NCBI GenBank assembly: GCA_043811535.1
Contig: JBDRNC010000018.1
Coordinates: 32,001-96,000 of the forward strand
Origin: Elusimicrobiota bacterium
Lineage (GTDB): Bacteria > Elusimicrobiota > Endomicrobiia > Endomicrobiales > JBDRNC01
Direction of reading: 5' to 3'
DNA length: 64,000 nucleotides
Made by a program: the position numbers and the translations under genes
In this document: in pieces, positions 49,006 through 59,100 of the stretch
Numbering within the stretch: position 1 is the first letter of the stretch
Layout of the letters: every line of letters starts with the position of its first letter
Notes under the pieces: model-generated
The model's input: only the letters and a program-made list of their open reading frames with translations
What the model was told of the DNA's origin: nothing
The model's database searches: none

Positions 49006-49398
49006 TGGCAGGTTGAGCACCATAAGTGTTTCTATTAAACTGCCATTTGCGAAATCCCGAGTAGCGTAAGCGCATCGGGACTGAGCACCTTGAACTCCAA
49101 AAGCGTTGTCCTGAATTGCATTACGTGAAATCCCGCTTCAGCGGGATAAAGCGTTTCTACTGAATTGCCTTATGTGACGTCCCGAGTAGTCCGCCACGGC
49201 GGACGAATCGGGAGGCGAGATATATACAATGAGCAGTTAACAGTTACCATTTAGCATTAAACAATCAAAATCATTGATAACTGATAATTGTTCATTGGTA
49301 AATGAAAAATGGCAGGGGCGAGATTTGCGGAACACAATGAGTGTTTCTACTCAATTGCCCCTTGCGACGTCCACCGAAGCCATGGCGTAGGTGGAGAC
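49006..49398 (-). repeat. tRNA-linked repeat array: four box+hairpin units with duplicated tRNA 3' ends
   Basis: Units at about 49015-49081, 49092-49147, 49148-49213 and 49330-49398; TGGCAGGGGCGAGATTTG (tRNA 3' 18 nt) repeated at 49310-49327, with a shorter copy at 49006. Confidence 0.8.
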
Positions 49399-49454
49399 AA
49401 GCCAAAAACAGTAATTTCAACAAACCAGGGAAATTTCTCCGAGAAAAGAAAAAA

Positions 49455-49528
49455 TGGCAGGGGCGAGATTTGAACTCGCGACCAACGGCTTATGAGTCCG
49501 CTGCTCTACCGAACTGAGCTACCCTGCC
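49455..49528 (-). tRNA. tRNA with CAT anticodon, probably elongator Met; CCA not encoded
   Basis: GGCAGGGTAGCTCAGTTCGGTAGAGCAGCGGACTCATAAGCCGTTGGTCGCGAGTTCAAATCTCGCCCCTGCCA; G1-C72 is paired so it is not an initiator; Ile2 not fully excluded. Confidence 0.9.
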
Positions 49529-49604
49529 ATTTACCAGTCACCAATTATCATTTATCAATTATCGTATTTTTCATTGCTAATTGTTAACTGATCACTGGCA
49601 ACTG

Positions 49605-49985
49605 TTAAATTGCATCTTTAAGAACTGTCCTTAATATGCTGCGCCTGCTTATTATACCGACTAATTTTCCGTTCTCGATTATCGGAACGCGCCGGATCAG
49701 TTTTTCCCCCATCACAAGGCTGATCTTGTCAATATCCGCGTCGGGCGGAAAACTCGTTATCTTCGTGCTCATAGCTTCCCGCACTTTAGTTGTTTTCACA
49801 TTCCCGCTGAAAATGAAAGTCAAAATGTCTTTTTCGGAAATAATGCCGACAACCCTGCGTTCCTTGTCGCATACCGGCATGCCGCTAATCTTATTCGTAA
49901 GCAGGATCTGTATCGCTTCTTCAAGGTAAGAATCGGGGTCGATCGTTATTATCTGCGTCGTCATGATATCTCTGGCTTTTAGCAT
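49605..49985 (-). CDS. CBS-domain protein
   Basis: ARDIMT, ISGMPV, VGIISEKDI, IRRVPI. Confidence 0.9.
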   Translation of the reverse strand: MLKARDIMTTQIITIDPDSYLEEAIQILLTNKISGMPVCDKERRVVGIISEKDILTFIFSGNVKTTKVREAMSTKITSFPPDADIDKISLVMGEKLIRRVPIIENGKLVGIISRRSILRTVLKDAI

Positions 49986-50081
49986 AATGTTACCTCTCCT
50001 TTACTTCATGCTCCAGGTTTCAAGTTTCTTGTTTCACGATCCAAACAACCTGAAACAAGGAACCTGAAACTTAAAACTTTT

Positions 50082-50573
50082 TTATATACGCAATTCAATT
50101 AATTCAAACTTTTTTGACGGTAATTCAAGCAAGCCGACCGTACTTTTCCCTGAAACCCAACCTCCGCACTCGCCGGGATTGATTATAGCGGTCTTTCCTA
50201 TATGCATGACCGCGGGCTTGTGCGTGTGGCCGTGTATAATTATATCAAATTTTTGGCTTTCCGCAAGCGCGTCTATCTGCCATGGCTCGTGCATCATAAG
50301 CACCGCCAGTTCTTCCATGCGAGCTTCATAAAATACTTCATGCACCTCGCCGATCTCTTTGACGATGCTTCTCCACATATATTTTTCGCCGTCATTGTTC
50401 CCAAACACGAAAACCACGCGCGCTTTAAGTTTTTTGTATTCCTGCAGGTTAAAAGGCGAGATTATATCCCCGGCGTGGAAGACAAGGTCCACATTCGCGC
50501 CGTTGAAGTATTCCACGGCTTTCCTGACCTGGGGAAGATTGTCGTGAGTATCGGAAATAAGGCCTATTAGCAT
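50082..50573 (-). CDS. Metallophosphoesterase (YfcE/MJ0936 family)
   Basis: SDTH, HAGD, GNND, HGHTH, NPG. Confidence 0.92.
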   Translation of the reverse strand: MLIGLISDTHDNLPQVRKAVEYFNGANVDLVFHAGDIISPFNLQEYKKLKARVVFVFGNNDGEKYMWRSIVKEIGEVHEVFYEARMEELAVLMMHEPWQIDALAESQKFDIIIHGHTHKPAVMHIGKTAIINPGECGGWVSGKSTVGLLELPSKKFELIELRI

Positions 50574-50658
50574 AATTAATCATATGGCTAAACGGCTAAA
50601 TTGCTAAATGGTTTAAAGTCGTTAGCCATGTAACCGTTCGACCATTTACCATTTGCTT

Positions 50659-50913
50659 TTATACAGCCACTACGTCTTTTATCTCCGGTATCTCTTTTTT
50701 CAGCACGCGGGCAACGCCCTGCTGGAGCGTCATCGTGGCCATAGGGCAGCATCCGCACGCGCCCTGCAGTTTTACTTTCACAATTCCGTCAGAGGTGACG
50801 TCCACCAATTGAATGTCTCCGCCGTCCGCCTGCAGGTTCGGCCTGATCTTTTCCAGCACTTTTTCCACTTGCGCTTTGTCCATAATTTTCCCCTGAACAA
50901 TTCCTTCTGCCAT
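50659..50913 (-). CDS. NifU/NfuA-like Fe-S carrier
   Basis: IRP.LQADGGD, GACGCCP. Confidence 0.9.
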   Translation of the reverse strand: MAEGIVQGKIMDKAQVEKVLEKIRPNLQADGGDIQLVDVTSDGIVKVKLQGACGCCPMATMTLQQGVARVLKKEIPEIKDVVAV

Positions 50914-50936
50914 CTTCGGTCTTCCGTCTGTTTTTA

Positions 50937-51302
50937 CTATTCCCCTAAGATTTCCCTTACTTTATCGAGCAGTTTGTCGGAATCAAAAGGCTTGTCAAAA
51001 AATACTTTCACCTGCTGGAACTTTTCAAACAGCGAGCGCGTGGCAGGCAGAGCCGAAGCCACGATGACCGGTATGTTTTTCGTATCGTTCTGCTGGGCAA
51101 GGTATAGCATCAGGGAGTATCCGTCGAGTCCGGGCATCAGCACGTCGAGTATGAGCAGGTCCGGTTTTTCTTTCTTGACCGCTGCCGGCACCTGTCCGCC
51201 ATGCTGCACGCTTATGACATTGTACCCGCCCATATCGAGAGTAACATTCAGAAAATCGATTATCTCCTGGTCGTCGTCAGCGATAAGTATTTTTTTAGCC
51301 AT
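50937..51302 (-). CDS. Single-domain response regulator
   Basis: ILIADDD, LDVLMPGLDG, KPF. Confidence 0.92.
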   Translation of the reverse strand: MAKKILIADDDQEIIDFLNVTLDMGGYNVISVQHGGQVPAAVKKEKPDLLILDVLMPGLDGYSLMLYLAQQNDTKNIPVIVASALPATRSLFEKFQQVKVFFDKPFDSDKLLDKVREILGE

Positions 51303-51696
51303 TTCGCTCCTCTAGTTTCTGTCTTAGGTCCGGCGGCATCCTTACCGGTTTCATCGCGCGATTGACCAGCGGATGCCTGGTATAACCCGCCGCCAGCAGC
51401 TTTCCGCCGCATAATATTTCGTAATCGAATTTTACGCTTGCCGCGCCTATTTCTCCGAGCACGGTCTTAACGGTCACGATATCGTCGTATTTCGCGGGCG
51501 AGCTGTATTTGCACAGGCATTCCATTACCGGGAAAAAACAGCCTTTTTCCTCAAGGTCCTTATACTTGATACCCGCGTCCCTGAGCCATTCCGTCCTTCC
51601 GCGTTCAAAGTAGACCAGATAATTTGAATAGTAAACCATTCCCATCTGGTCAGTGTCGGCGTAGGGTACCCGGATTTCTATCTGATTTATATTCAA
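51295..51696 (-). CDS. Acyl-CoA thioesterase (YbgC/FadM family)
   Basis: RVPYADTDQMGMVYYSNYL.YFE.GR. Confidence 0.92.
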   Translation of the reverse strand: MNINQIEIRVPYADTDQMGMVYYSNYLVYFERGRTEWLRDAGIKYKDLEEKGCFFPVMECLCKYSSPAKYDDIVTVKTVLGEIGAASVKFDYEILCGGKLLAAGYTRHPLVNRAMKPVRMPPDLRQKLEERNG

Positions 51697-51808
51697 GCAC
51701 CGTACCCCTATATCAATTGTTATTACCGCTGGCTAGTTCGTTTAACCGTTTGAAGGTTTAAGAGTTTAACGTTAAACGCTTAAACATTAAACCTTAAACT
51801 ATTATTTA

Positions 51809-52798
51809 TTATTTGTACTGTTTTTTCATCTCGTCGAGAGACATGCCTTTATAGTCGCCTGCATGCCCGTTCGTGCCGAAATCAAGCATCTTCTTTTCTA
51901 TGAGCGCGGCCAGCTGTTCGCGGGCCGGGCCGAGGTAATCCCGGGGATCAAACTTTTCCGGGCTGGTGGCGAAAACTTCGCGTATGGCCGCGGTCACGAC
52001 AAGCCGTCCGTCGGTATCGACGTTAATCTTTGAAACGCCCATCTTGATGGCTTTCTTAAGGTGTTCCATAGGGACGCCCGTGGCGCCCGGCATTTTACCG
52101 CCGTATTTATTGACCTTATCTATGAGTTCCTGTGGCACCGAAGACGCGCCGTGCAGAACGAGAGGGATATTAACCAACCCGCGCACTTTTTCAAGCACGT
52201 CGAACGCAAGTTCCTTGCTGCCTTTGAACTTGTACGCGCCGTGCGAAGTTCCGATGGCTATCGCGAGAGCGTCGAGTTTCGTGGCATCCACAAATTTCTT
52301 CGCTTCATCGGGATCCGTAACGTGTATGGAACCCGAACCTACGCCGTCCTCAATACCGCCGAGGCGCCCGATCTCGCCTTCAACTGTCACGCCGTACTGG
52401 TGGGCGTATTCAACCACCGAGCGCGTAACCTTGACATTGTAATCGTAGTCCGACGGCGTTTTGCCGTCTTCCATGAGCGAGCCGTCTATCATCACGGACG
52501 AAAATCCGAGTTCGATGGCTTTCTTGCAGGAATCAAGCGAATTGCCGTGGTCAAGATGCATCGCGACGGGTATATCCGGGTTTTCTACGACCGCGGCTTT
52601 CATAAGATATCCTAAATATGTGAAATTGGAATATTTCAGCGCGCCGCGGCTTGCCTGGATTATCACCGGCGATTTCGTTTTCTGGGCGGCGGACATGATC
52701 GCCTGTATCTGCTCCATATTATTGACGTTGTAGGCTCCTACTCCGTAACCTTTTTTCCTTGCTTCTTCAAGAATTTGTTTCATCGGCACTAATGGCAT
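51809..52798 (-). CDS. fba: Fructose-1,6-bisphosphate aldolase class II
   Basis: HLDHG, SSVMIDGS, GTSHGAYK, LVLHGAS, KINVDTD, FDPR. Confidence 0.96.
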   Translation of the reverse strand: MPLVPMKQILEEARKKGYGVGAYNVNNMEQIQAIMSAAQKTKSPVIIQASRGALKYSNFTYLGYLMKAAVVENPDIPVAMHLDHGNSLDSCKKAIELGFSSVMIDGSLMEDGKTPSDYDYNVKVTRSVVEYAHQYGVTVEGEIGRLGGIEDGVGSGSIHVTDPDEAKKFVDATKLDALAIAIGTSHGAYKFKGSKELAFDVLEKVRGLVNIPLVLHGASSVPQELIDKVNKYGGKMPGATGVPMEHLKKAIKMGVSKINVDTDGRLVVTAAIREVFATSPEKFDPRDYLGPAREQLAALIEKKMLDFGTNGHAGDYKGMSLDEMKKQYK

Positions 52799-52817
52799 GT
52801 AATTCCTCCCGGATTGT

Positions 52818-53834
52818 TTATTTTTTGGACGCTTTTTTGGGTTTCTTGTTCTCTCCTGCGGATTTTGCGCGGGGTTCGGCGTAATATTTTATATCCCGGA
52901 ATTTCCGGTACCTGTCTTCTTCCACTTTTTCCGGCGTGAGCTTATTCAACTCCGCGAGATTCCTTAAAATCGATTCTTTTACGCTCTCCGCCGTCTTTTT
53001 CGGGTCGCGATGAGCGCCGCCCAGCGGTTCGGGTATTATTTCATCCACAATACCGAGCTGTTTCAGGTCAACCGCCGTTATCTTGAGCGCGGTTGCCGCC
53101 TGCGCCGCCTTTGTCGCGTCCCTGAAAAGTATCGCGGCGCAGCCTTCGGGGGATATCACCGAGTAGTACGCGTTCTCAAGCATCAGTATCCTGTTTGAAA
53201 CGCCTATGCCCAGCGCCCCGCCCGAGCCGCCTTCGCCGATCGTCACGCTTATAACCGGTATCTTAAGACCTGCCATCTCCCTGAGGTTCCTGGCGATGGC
53301 TTCCGCCTGCCCGCGTTCTTCGGCGGCAATGCCCGGATAAGCTCCGGGGGTATCTATGAAAGTTATGACCGGCCTGCCGAATTTTTCCGCGAGCTTCATC
53401 ACTCTCAGCGCCTTGCGGTAGCCTTCCGGGTTGGCCGAGCCGAAATTCCTGTCCATGTTCTCCTGCAGGGTACGTCCTTTCTGCTGGCCTATCACCGCAA
53501 CCGGCTCGCCGTCAAGGAAAGCCATCCCGCATACCATTGCCCTGTCGTCGGCAAATGCCCTGTCGCCGTGCAGTTCTATAAAATCGTCAAATATCATTGC
53601 GATATAATCCAAAGTGTAGGGGCGCTTCGGGTGGCGGGCAAGCTGGACTCTCTGCCATTCCGTCAGGGAGCCGTATATGTCGTGCTTCAGTTTTTTCGCT
53701 TTTTCATCAAGGTCCCTGAGCTCGGCCGAAATATCCGAGCCGGAAGTCTTCGCGGATTCTTTGAGCGCGGTTATCCTGCGGTCCATCTCTGCTATGGGTT
53801 TTTCGAATTCAAGCATTCTTACATCATCGTGCAT
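52818..53834 (-). CDS. accA: Acetyl-CoA carboxylase carboxyltransferase alpha subunit
   Basis: [38 protein letters not shown]. Confidence 0.97.
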   Translation of the reverse strand: MHDDVRMLEFEKPIAEMDRRITALKESAKTSGSDISAELRDLDEKAKKLKHDIYGSLTEWQRVQLARHPKRPYTLDYIAMIFDDFIELHGDRAFADDRAMVCGMAFLDGEPVAVIGQQKGRTLQENMDRNFGSANPEGYRKALRVMKLAEKFGRPVITFIDTPGAYPGIAAEERGQAEAIARNLREMAGLKIPVISVTIGEGGSGGALGIGVSNRILMLENAYYSVISPEGCAAILFRDATKAAQAATALKITAVDLKQLGIVDEIIPEPLGGAHRDPKKTAESVKESILRNLAELNKLTPEKVEEDRYRKFRDIKYYAEPRAKSAGENKKPKKASKK

Positions 53835-53921
53835 ATGACTCCTGTAAAACCAAATGGCTAATTGTTAAATGGTTTTAAGCTTGTCAGCCATTTAGCCGTT
53901 TAGCCATATAGCCATTTATCT

Positions 53922-54713
53922 TTAAAACCTTCCCGAATAGCTGATTTTAACGATTCTCTCCGGTTTGCGGTAAGTGATTATATTCGTGGTCGGGTCGGTT
54001 TTTTCCTCGTATGCTCCGATGTCTCTTCCCGCGACATCAATATAAAGGCTTTCCGTGACGAACATCCTTATGCCCGCGTTCACAAAACTGTCAGGTATAT
54101 AATTTACCCTGTCCCACTCGGCCAGAAAAGCGGCTTTGTCCTCAACCGTATAAACGATGCTCGTGAAACCAAATACCGTATTTTTCTTGAAATCGTTCAT
54201 GTTGCATCCGACATTTATCTCAAGCCCGGGTGTAAGCATTTCACGTCCGAACACTATAAAAATGCCTTTCTCTTTCTGCGTGAATTCACTCGCCGTCTTA
54301 TCAAAATAATTCCCCTGACCGTCGTAGCCGATAGCTATCGCCGGAAGGACCATGCCTCCTTCGAAAGGCCTGAGCTTGACGAGCAGGCCCGGGGGGCCCA
54401 CGACAGCGTTTTCAGTGCCGATGACCCTGCTCACTTCCCAGCCGAATCCAAGGTTGACTATTTTGAAAACTCCGAATTCCAGCCGCGTCAGGACGCCGCC
54501 TTCCGAAAAAAGGCGGAAGTCCAGCGTATAATTGCCGTAACCGATCATCCCCGTCATTGGGGTATCAATGACCCGCGAATTCTCTGACATGCCTGCTTCC
54601 GCAGAGATGGAAGAAGGAAGAATGAAGATGGAAGCAACTGCAAAAACGAAAAAAGATAAAAATATTAAAGATGCTATTTTACTCCGCGCATTTATACTCG
54701 GTGATTTTACCAT
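53922..54713 (-). CDS. Secreted/outer-membrane protein (YjbH-like), function unknown
   Basis: Signal peptide, IDTP, PA.AIGYD.QG, beta-strand pattern, terminal F. Confidence 0.6.
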   Translation of the reverse strand: MVKSPSINARSKIASLIFLSFFVFAVASIFILPSSISAEAGMSENSRVIDTPMTGMIGYGNYTLDFRLFSEGGVLTRLEFGVFKIVNLGFGWEVSRVIGTENAVVGPPGLLVKLRPFEGGMVLPAIAIGYDGQGNYFDKTASEFTQKEKGIFIVFGREMLTPGLEINVGCNMNDFKKNTVFGFTSIVYTVEDKAAFLAEWDRVNYIPDSFVNAGIRMFVTESLYIDVAGRDIGAYEEKTDPTTNIITYRKPERIVKISYSGRF

Positions 54714-54764
54714 AGTGTGTAATAACCTCTCAAGATGTTCTTCCGTCTTCCATCTTCCGTCTTC

Positions 54765-55739
54765 CTACTTTTTTTTCTTCGGGGTTGTTTTCTTGGGCAT
54801 CTTGCTCTTTTCTACCGCTTCTATCCTGTCCAGCGCGTTTTTCACGGCTGACAGTACGCCGCGGTCGGTGTCCTGCTGAGCCTTTTTCAGGGCCGCGACG
54901 GCTTGCGGCCCGCCGATGTTTCCGAGAGTGTCGGCGGCCGTCATTTTTATCAAAGCTTCGCTGCTGCTCATGGCTTTAAGCGCCACGGCGAGTCCTTCCT
55001 TTGAATTTATCCTGGACAGAGCGTTCGCGGCGTAAACGCTGACTTTCAGGCTCTTGGATTTTAGTTCTTCCTGGAATATAATCAGACTGTCTTTGTCCTG
55101 AAGTTGCCCGCCTATCATAATGGCATCGGCTTTAACGTCCGGGTCGCTGTCTGTCATCGCCTCGCGGATAGCCGCAAAAGAAGCTTTATCTTCGATCTTT
55201 CCGAGAGCGCTCAGGCATGAACGGCGCATGTTCGTGCCCGGATCCTTAAGCCCTTCCAAAAGGGCGGGTACCGCGTCCGGCGATCTCATGGAGCCCAGCG
55301 CGTTGGCGGCGGCAAAACGCGTGCCATCGTCTTTGTCCTTTAGCGCCTTGACGAGGGCCGGAACGGCCGCGACGTCTCCTATATAATTCAGCGCCAGCGC
55401 GCAACTCTGCCTGACATTAGCGTTCGCGTCGTTCTGAAGGACGTTGGAAAGGGCGGGAGTTGATTCCGGAGAGCGGAGAAGGCCAAGCGATTCGGCGGCT
55501 GATGACCGCACAAATGCGTCCTTATCCTTAAGGGCGTCGATAAGAGGCTTAACGGCCGAAGGATTCTGCAGATTCCCGAGATTGGCGGCAGCCCTGCGTC
55601 TCACGGAAACATCTTTATCGTTCAGTTTAGCGATATTATCGGCAAGCGGATCAACCACTGGAGCCGGCGCTGTCTCGGCGAACAAACAAGAACCTGCCAT
55701 ACCTAACACAATGACCGCTGCTAAAAGAACCTTTGACAT
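54765..55739 (-). CDS. Secreted HEAT-repeat protein
   Basis: Signal peptide; tandem L.D.D..VR..AA..LG repeats. Confidence 0.9.
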   Translation of the reverse strand: MSKVLLAAVIVLGMAGSCLFAETAPAPVVDPLADNIAKLNDKDVSVRRRAAANLGNLQNPSAVKPLIDALKDKDAFVRSSAAESLGLLRSPESTPALSNVLQNDANANVRQSCALALNYIGDVAAVPALVKALKDKDDGTRFAAANALGSMRSPDAVPALLEGLKDPGTNMRRSCLSALGKIEDKASFAAIREAMTDSDPDVKADAIMIGGQLQDKDSLIIFQEELKSKSLKVSVYAANALSRINSKEGLAVALKAMSSSEALIKMTAADTLGNIGGPQAVAALKKAQQDTDRGVLSAVKNALDRIEAVEKSKMPKKTTPKKKK

Positions 55740-55749
55740 TTTACCTCCC

Positions 55750-55982
55750 GAACACCATAAGATTTTACTTATTAGCCTTTAGTGAGGTCCGCCGTGGCGG
55801 ACAAGAACACCATAAGATTTTACTAAATAGCCCTTTGTGAGGCCCCGCCGTAGGCGGGACAAGAACACCATAAGATTTTACTTATTAGCCTTTAGTGAGG
55901 TCCGCCGTGGCGGACAAAAGCTCCAAAAGCGTTGTCCTGAATTGCATTACGTGACCCCCCCCCCGCCGTGGCGGGCGGGACA
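55750..55982 (-). repeat. Tandem box+hairpin repeat array (3 near-identical units + 1 variant)
   Basis: GAACACCATAAGATTTTACT...GTGAGG+hairpin at 55750, 55805, 55863 (units 1 and 3 identical, 55 bp); 55921-55954 identical to 49095-49128. Confidence 0.92.
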
Positions 55983-56019
55983 TCAAAACTAAGATAAAAA
56001 TCAATGAAATGTCAGGTAC

Positions 56020-56049
56020 ATTCTATCTTTTTTTGCCATATCTTGTCAA
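56020..56049 (-). promoter_or_regulatory. Candidate sigma70 promoter upstream of the repeat array and HEAT gene
   Basis: TTGACA-18bp-TAGAAT. Confidence 0.6.
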
Positions 56050-56104
56050 ACCATGCGCAGTCCCGCGGACACAGCGCCTTTCAATTTGAAATCTGTAATT
56101 GTCG

Positions 56105-59100
56105 TCAAGATACAAGTTCCAATGCTTCCGAACCAAGGATCTTATCAACTTCATGAAAAAACTTTTCTTCGGCCTTGGCGTACATATCGGTATCCACAAT
56201 GTACTCGCCCTGGCCGTGCACCAATACCTCAAGAATAACCGGCGACGTCCCGGGATGTTCCGTTATGACCTTTTTAATTTTGTCCAGAAGCCCGTCCTCC
56301 AGCCCGGCCGAAGACAGCTTTATCTTCACTTTTCCGGAGAAGACCGGGAGTTTCTGTTTCGCCTCTTCAAACGTCATTATCTGCTCCGCAAGTATCTCCG
56401 CCTGGCCGTCGGAACCGGAAAACCTTCCCTTGACGACAACCAGACTGTTCGGGACAATATATTTCGAAAGACCGCCGCCGTAATTGCGCGGCAGAACCAC
56501 TATTTCTATCTCGCCGTGAAGATCTTCCAGTTTGAATCTCGCGTATTGCTCCTTTTTCTGCTTGGTGACTAGTTTTTTCGCGCTGGTTATCATGCCTGCC
56601 ACTCTTATTATGGGGCCCTGCCCCTGGCCCTGCGGCGGCGGCGGCAGACGGTCAAGCCTGTACTGGGAAAGCCTCATCAGATCGTGCCTGTGCTGGGCAA
56701 GCGGGTGCCCCGAAAGATAAAACCCGAGGACTTCCCGCTCGTTCGCGAGCGTTGTATGCTCGGACCAAGGCTCAAATTTGACTTTTCTGTCCAGGTCCCG
56801 CGCCATGTCGGATGCCCCGAAAAGCAGTCCCTGCCCGGCAGAAAGGTCTTGTTTCCGGCTGTTGGCCCAATCAAGCGACATGTCAAGCTTGGTAACGAGT
56901 TCGGCCCGCGTGTAGGTGTGGCTTTCGCCGAAACAGTCGAACGCGCCGGCTTTTATAAGGGATTCCAGGACTTTCCTGTTCGCGGTGCGGACATCCACCC
57001 TGCTCAGAAAATCTTCCCACGATTTGAACTCGCCATTTTCTTTCCGCGCCGCGATTATCCCCTCTATCGCCGCGTCTCCGACATTTTTCACGGCGAGCAG
57101 TCCGAATTTTATTCCGTCGCCTTCAATAGCAAAACGCACGTCCGAGCTCTGGATGTCGGGAGAAAATATCTTGATTCCGACGCTCTCACATTCCTGTATA
57201 TAGGTTACCGATTTGCTTTCTTCTTCCTCCTTGCCTATCGCGGAACGCCCTATCTCGGAATTCAAAAGCGCGGTCATGTACTCTATCGGGTAGTTCGCCT
57301 TGCAGTACGCGGTCTGGAACGCGACGATGCCGTACGCCGCGGCATGCGATTTATTGAACCCGTACCCGGCGAACTGGGCCATCTGCTCGAACACTTTCAC
57401 GGCCGTAGCCCTGTCTACGTTATTCTTATGCGCTCCCTGCAGGAATATATCGCGGTACTTTTCCATCTCCTCGGGGATTTTCTTGCTCATAGCCCTTCTC
57501 AAGGTGTCGGCCTGTCCGGCCGTGAACCCGGCCATGTCTACGGCGATGCGCATGACCTGTTCCTGATACACAATGACTCCGTAGGTGTCCTTGAGAATCG
57601 GTTCCAGCAGGGGGTGCTCGTACTTTACCTTGACCCGCTGATGCTTGCGGGCGACGAAATCATCTATCATTCCGGAACCCATCGGGCCCGGGCGGTAAAG
57701 GGATATCAGCGCGATTATGTCTTCTATATCGGTGGGTTTGAGCTTGCGCAAGAGGTCGCGCATGCCGCGGGATTCCAGCTGAAAGATGCCGAGCGTGCGC
57801 GCCTCGTGAAACAGCTTGAATGTCTTTTTATCGTCCAGAGGGATATCGCTGAGTGAAAAATCCTTGTTCCCTCTTTTTTTTATCATCTCGACCGTGTCAT
57901 CAAGCACCGTAAGCGTCCGAAGGCCCAGGAAATCCACCTTCAGCAGCCCCAGTTTCGACAACTGGTCGCCGTCGTACTGCGTGGTGATGATATCGCGCGA
58001 ACCCTTGGACAGCGGAGAGAACTTCGTTATTTCGTCCTTGGCTATGACCATGCCCGCGGCGTGGACCCCCGTATGGCGCTTTAATCCTTCCAGTTTACGC
58101 GATACGTCGATAAGCTTCGCGATCTTTTCGTCGGTCCTTGCCAGGCTCTTAAGCTCGCTGATGGACTGCATGGCGCTGTAAATGTTGCTTCCGAACGGTA
58201 TAAGTTTGGCTATCCTGTCGGCGTCGGATACCGCGAAACCCAATGCCCTGGCGACGTCCCTTATCACAAGGCGCGCCTGCATGGAACCGAAGGTTATTAT
58301 CTGCGCGCAGTTGTTCTGGCCGTACTTGTTGCGGACGTATTCTATGACGCGGTCGCGGCCGGTGTCGGCAAAATCTATATCCAGGTCAGGCATTGTGTGG
58401 CGTTCCGGGTTAAGGAACCTTTCGAACAGCAGACCGTATTTGAGCGGGCAGATGTCCGTAATGCCGAGAACGTATGCCACGATGGAACCCGCGCCCGAGC
58501 CGCGCCCGGGACCCACCGGTATTCCGCCGGACTTCGCGTATTTTATGAAATCCCAGACGATGAGAAAGTACGGCGCGAATCCCATTTTATTTATTATTGA
58601 AAGCTCGTGTTCCAGGCGGCCGGTGTGTTCGGCCGACGGGACGGCGTAGCGTTTTTTTAGTCCTTCCCCGCATAATTCATCCAGGTATTTTTCGGCGGTT
58701 TTTCCGGCTGGCACCGGATAATCCGGAAGATAAAGCTTGTCGAATTTTATTTCAAGCGAGCATTTCTCCGCGATCTCAACGGTATTCTTCACGGCTTCCG
58801 GCGAGTGAGAGAAAAGTTGTATCATTTCCTGCGGCGGGCGGTAGTAGAACAGGTCGGAAGAGAATTTAAGGCGATCGGGCTCGTCAAGCGTCTTGCCCGT
58901 GCCTATGCATAGAAGCACGTCGTGGTTGAAAGCGTCCTCTTTTTTCAGGAAATGGCAGTCATTGGTGGCTACAATGGGTATATCGGTTTTTTTCGCGAGT
59001 TCCAGCTGGAGCGGAATGACTTTTTTCTGTTCTTCAAGCCCGTTATCCATCAATTCAATGTAAAACATCCCGGGTTCGAAGATGTTGCGGTACTCGTACG

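Noticed and set aside
55750..55920. CRISPR array
   Set aside because: Intervening sequences are near-identical palindromes rather than unique spacers; only three units; no cas1/cas2 in the window.
56684..57856. 390-aa plus-strand ORF (and similar long antisense ORFs over argB, TolC, Re-citrate synthase and fba)
   Set aside because: Shadow ORFs opposite well-conserved genes, with no recognisable motifs.
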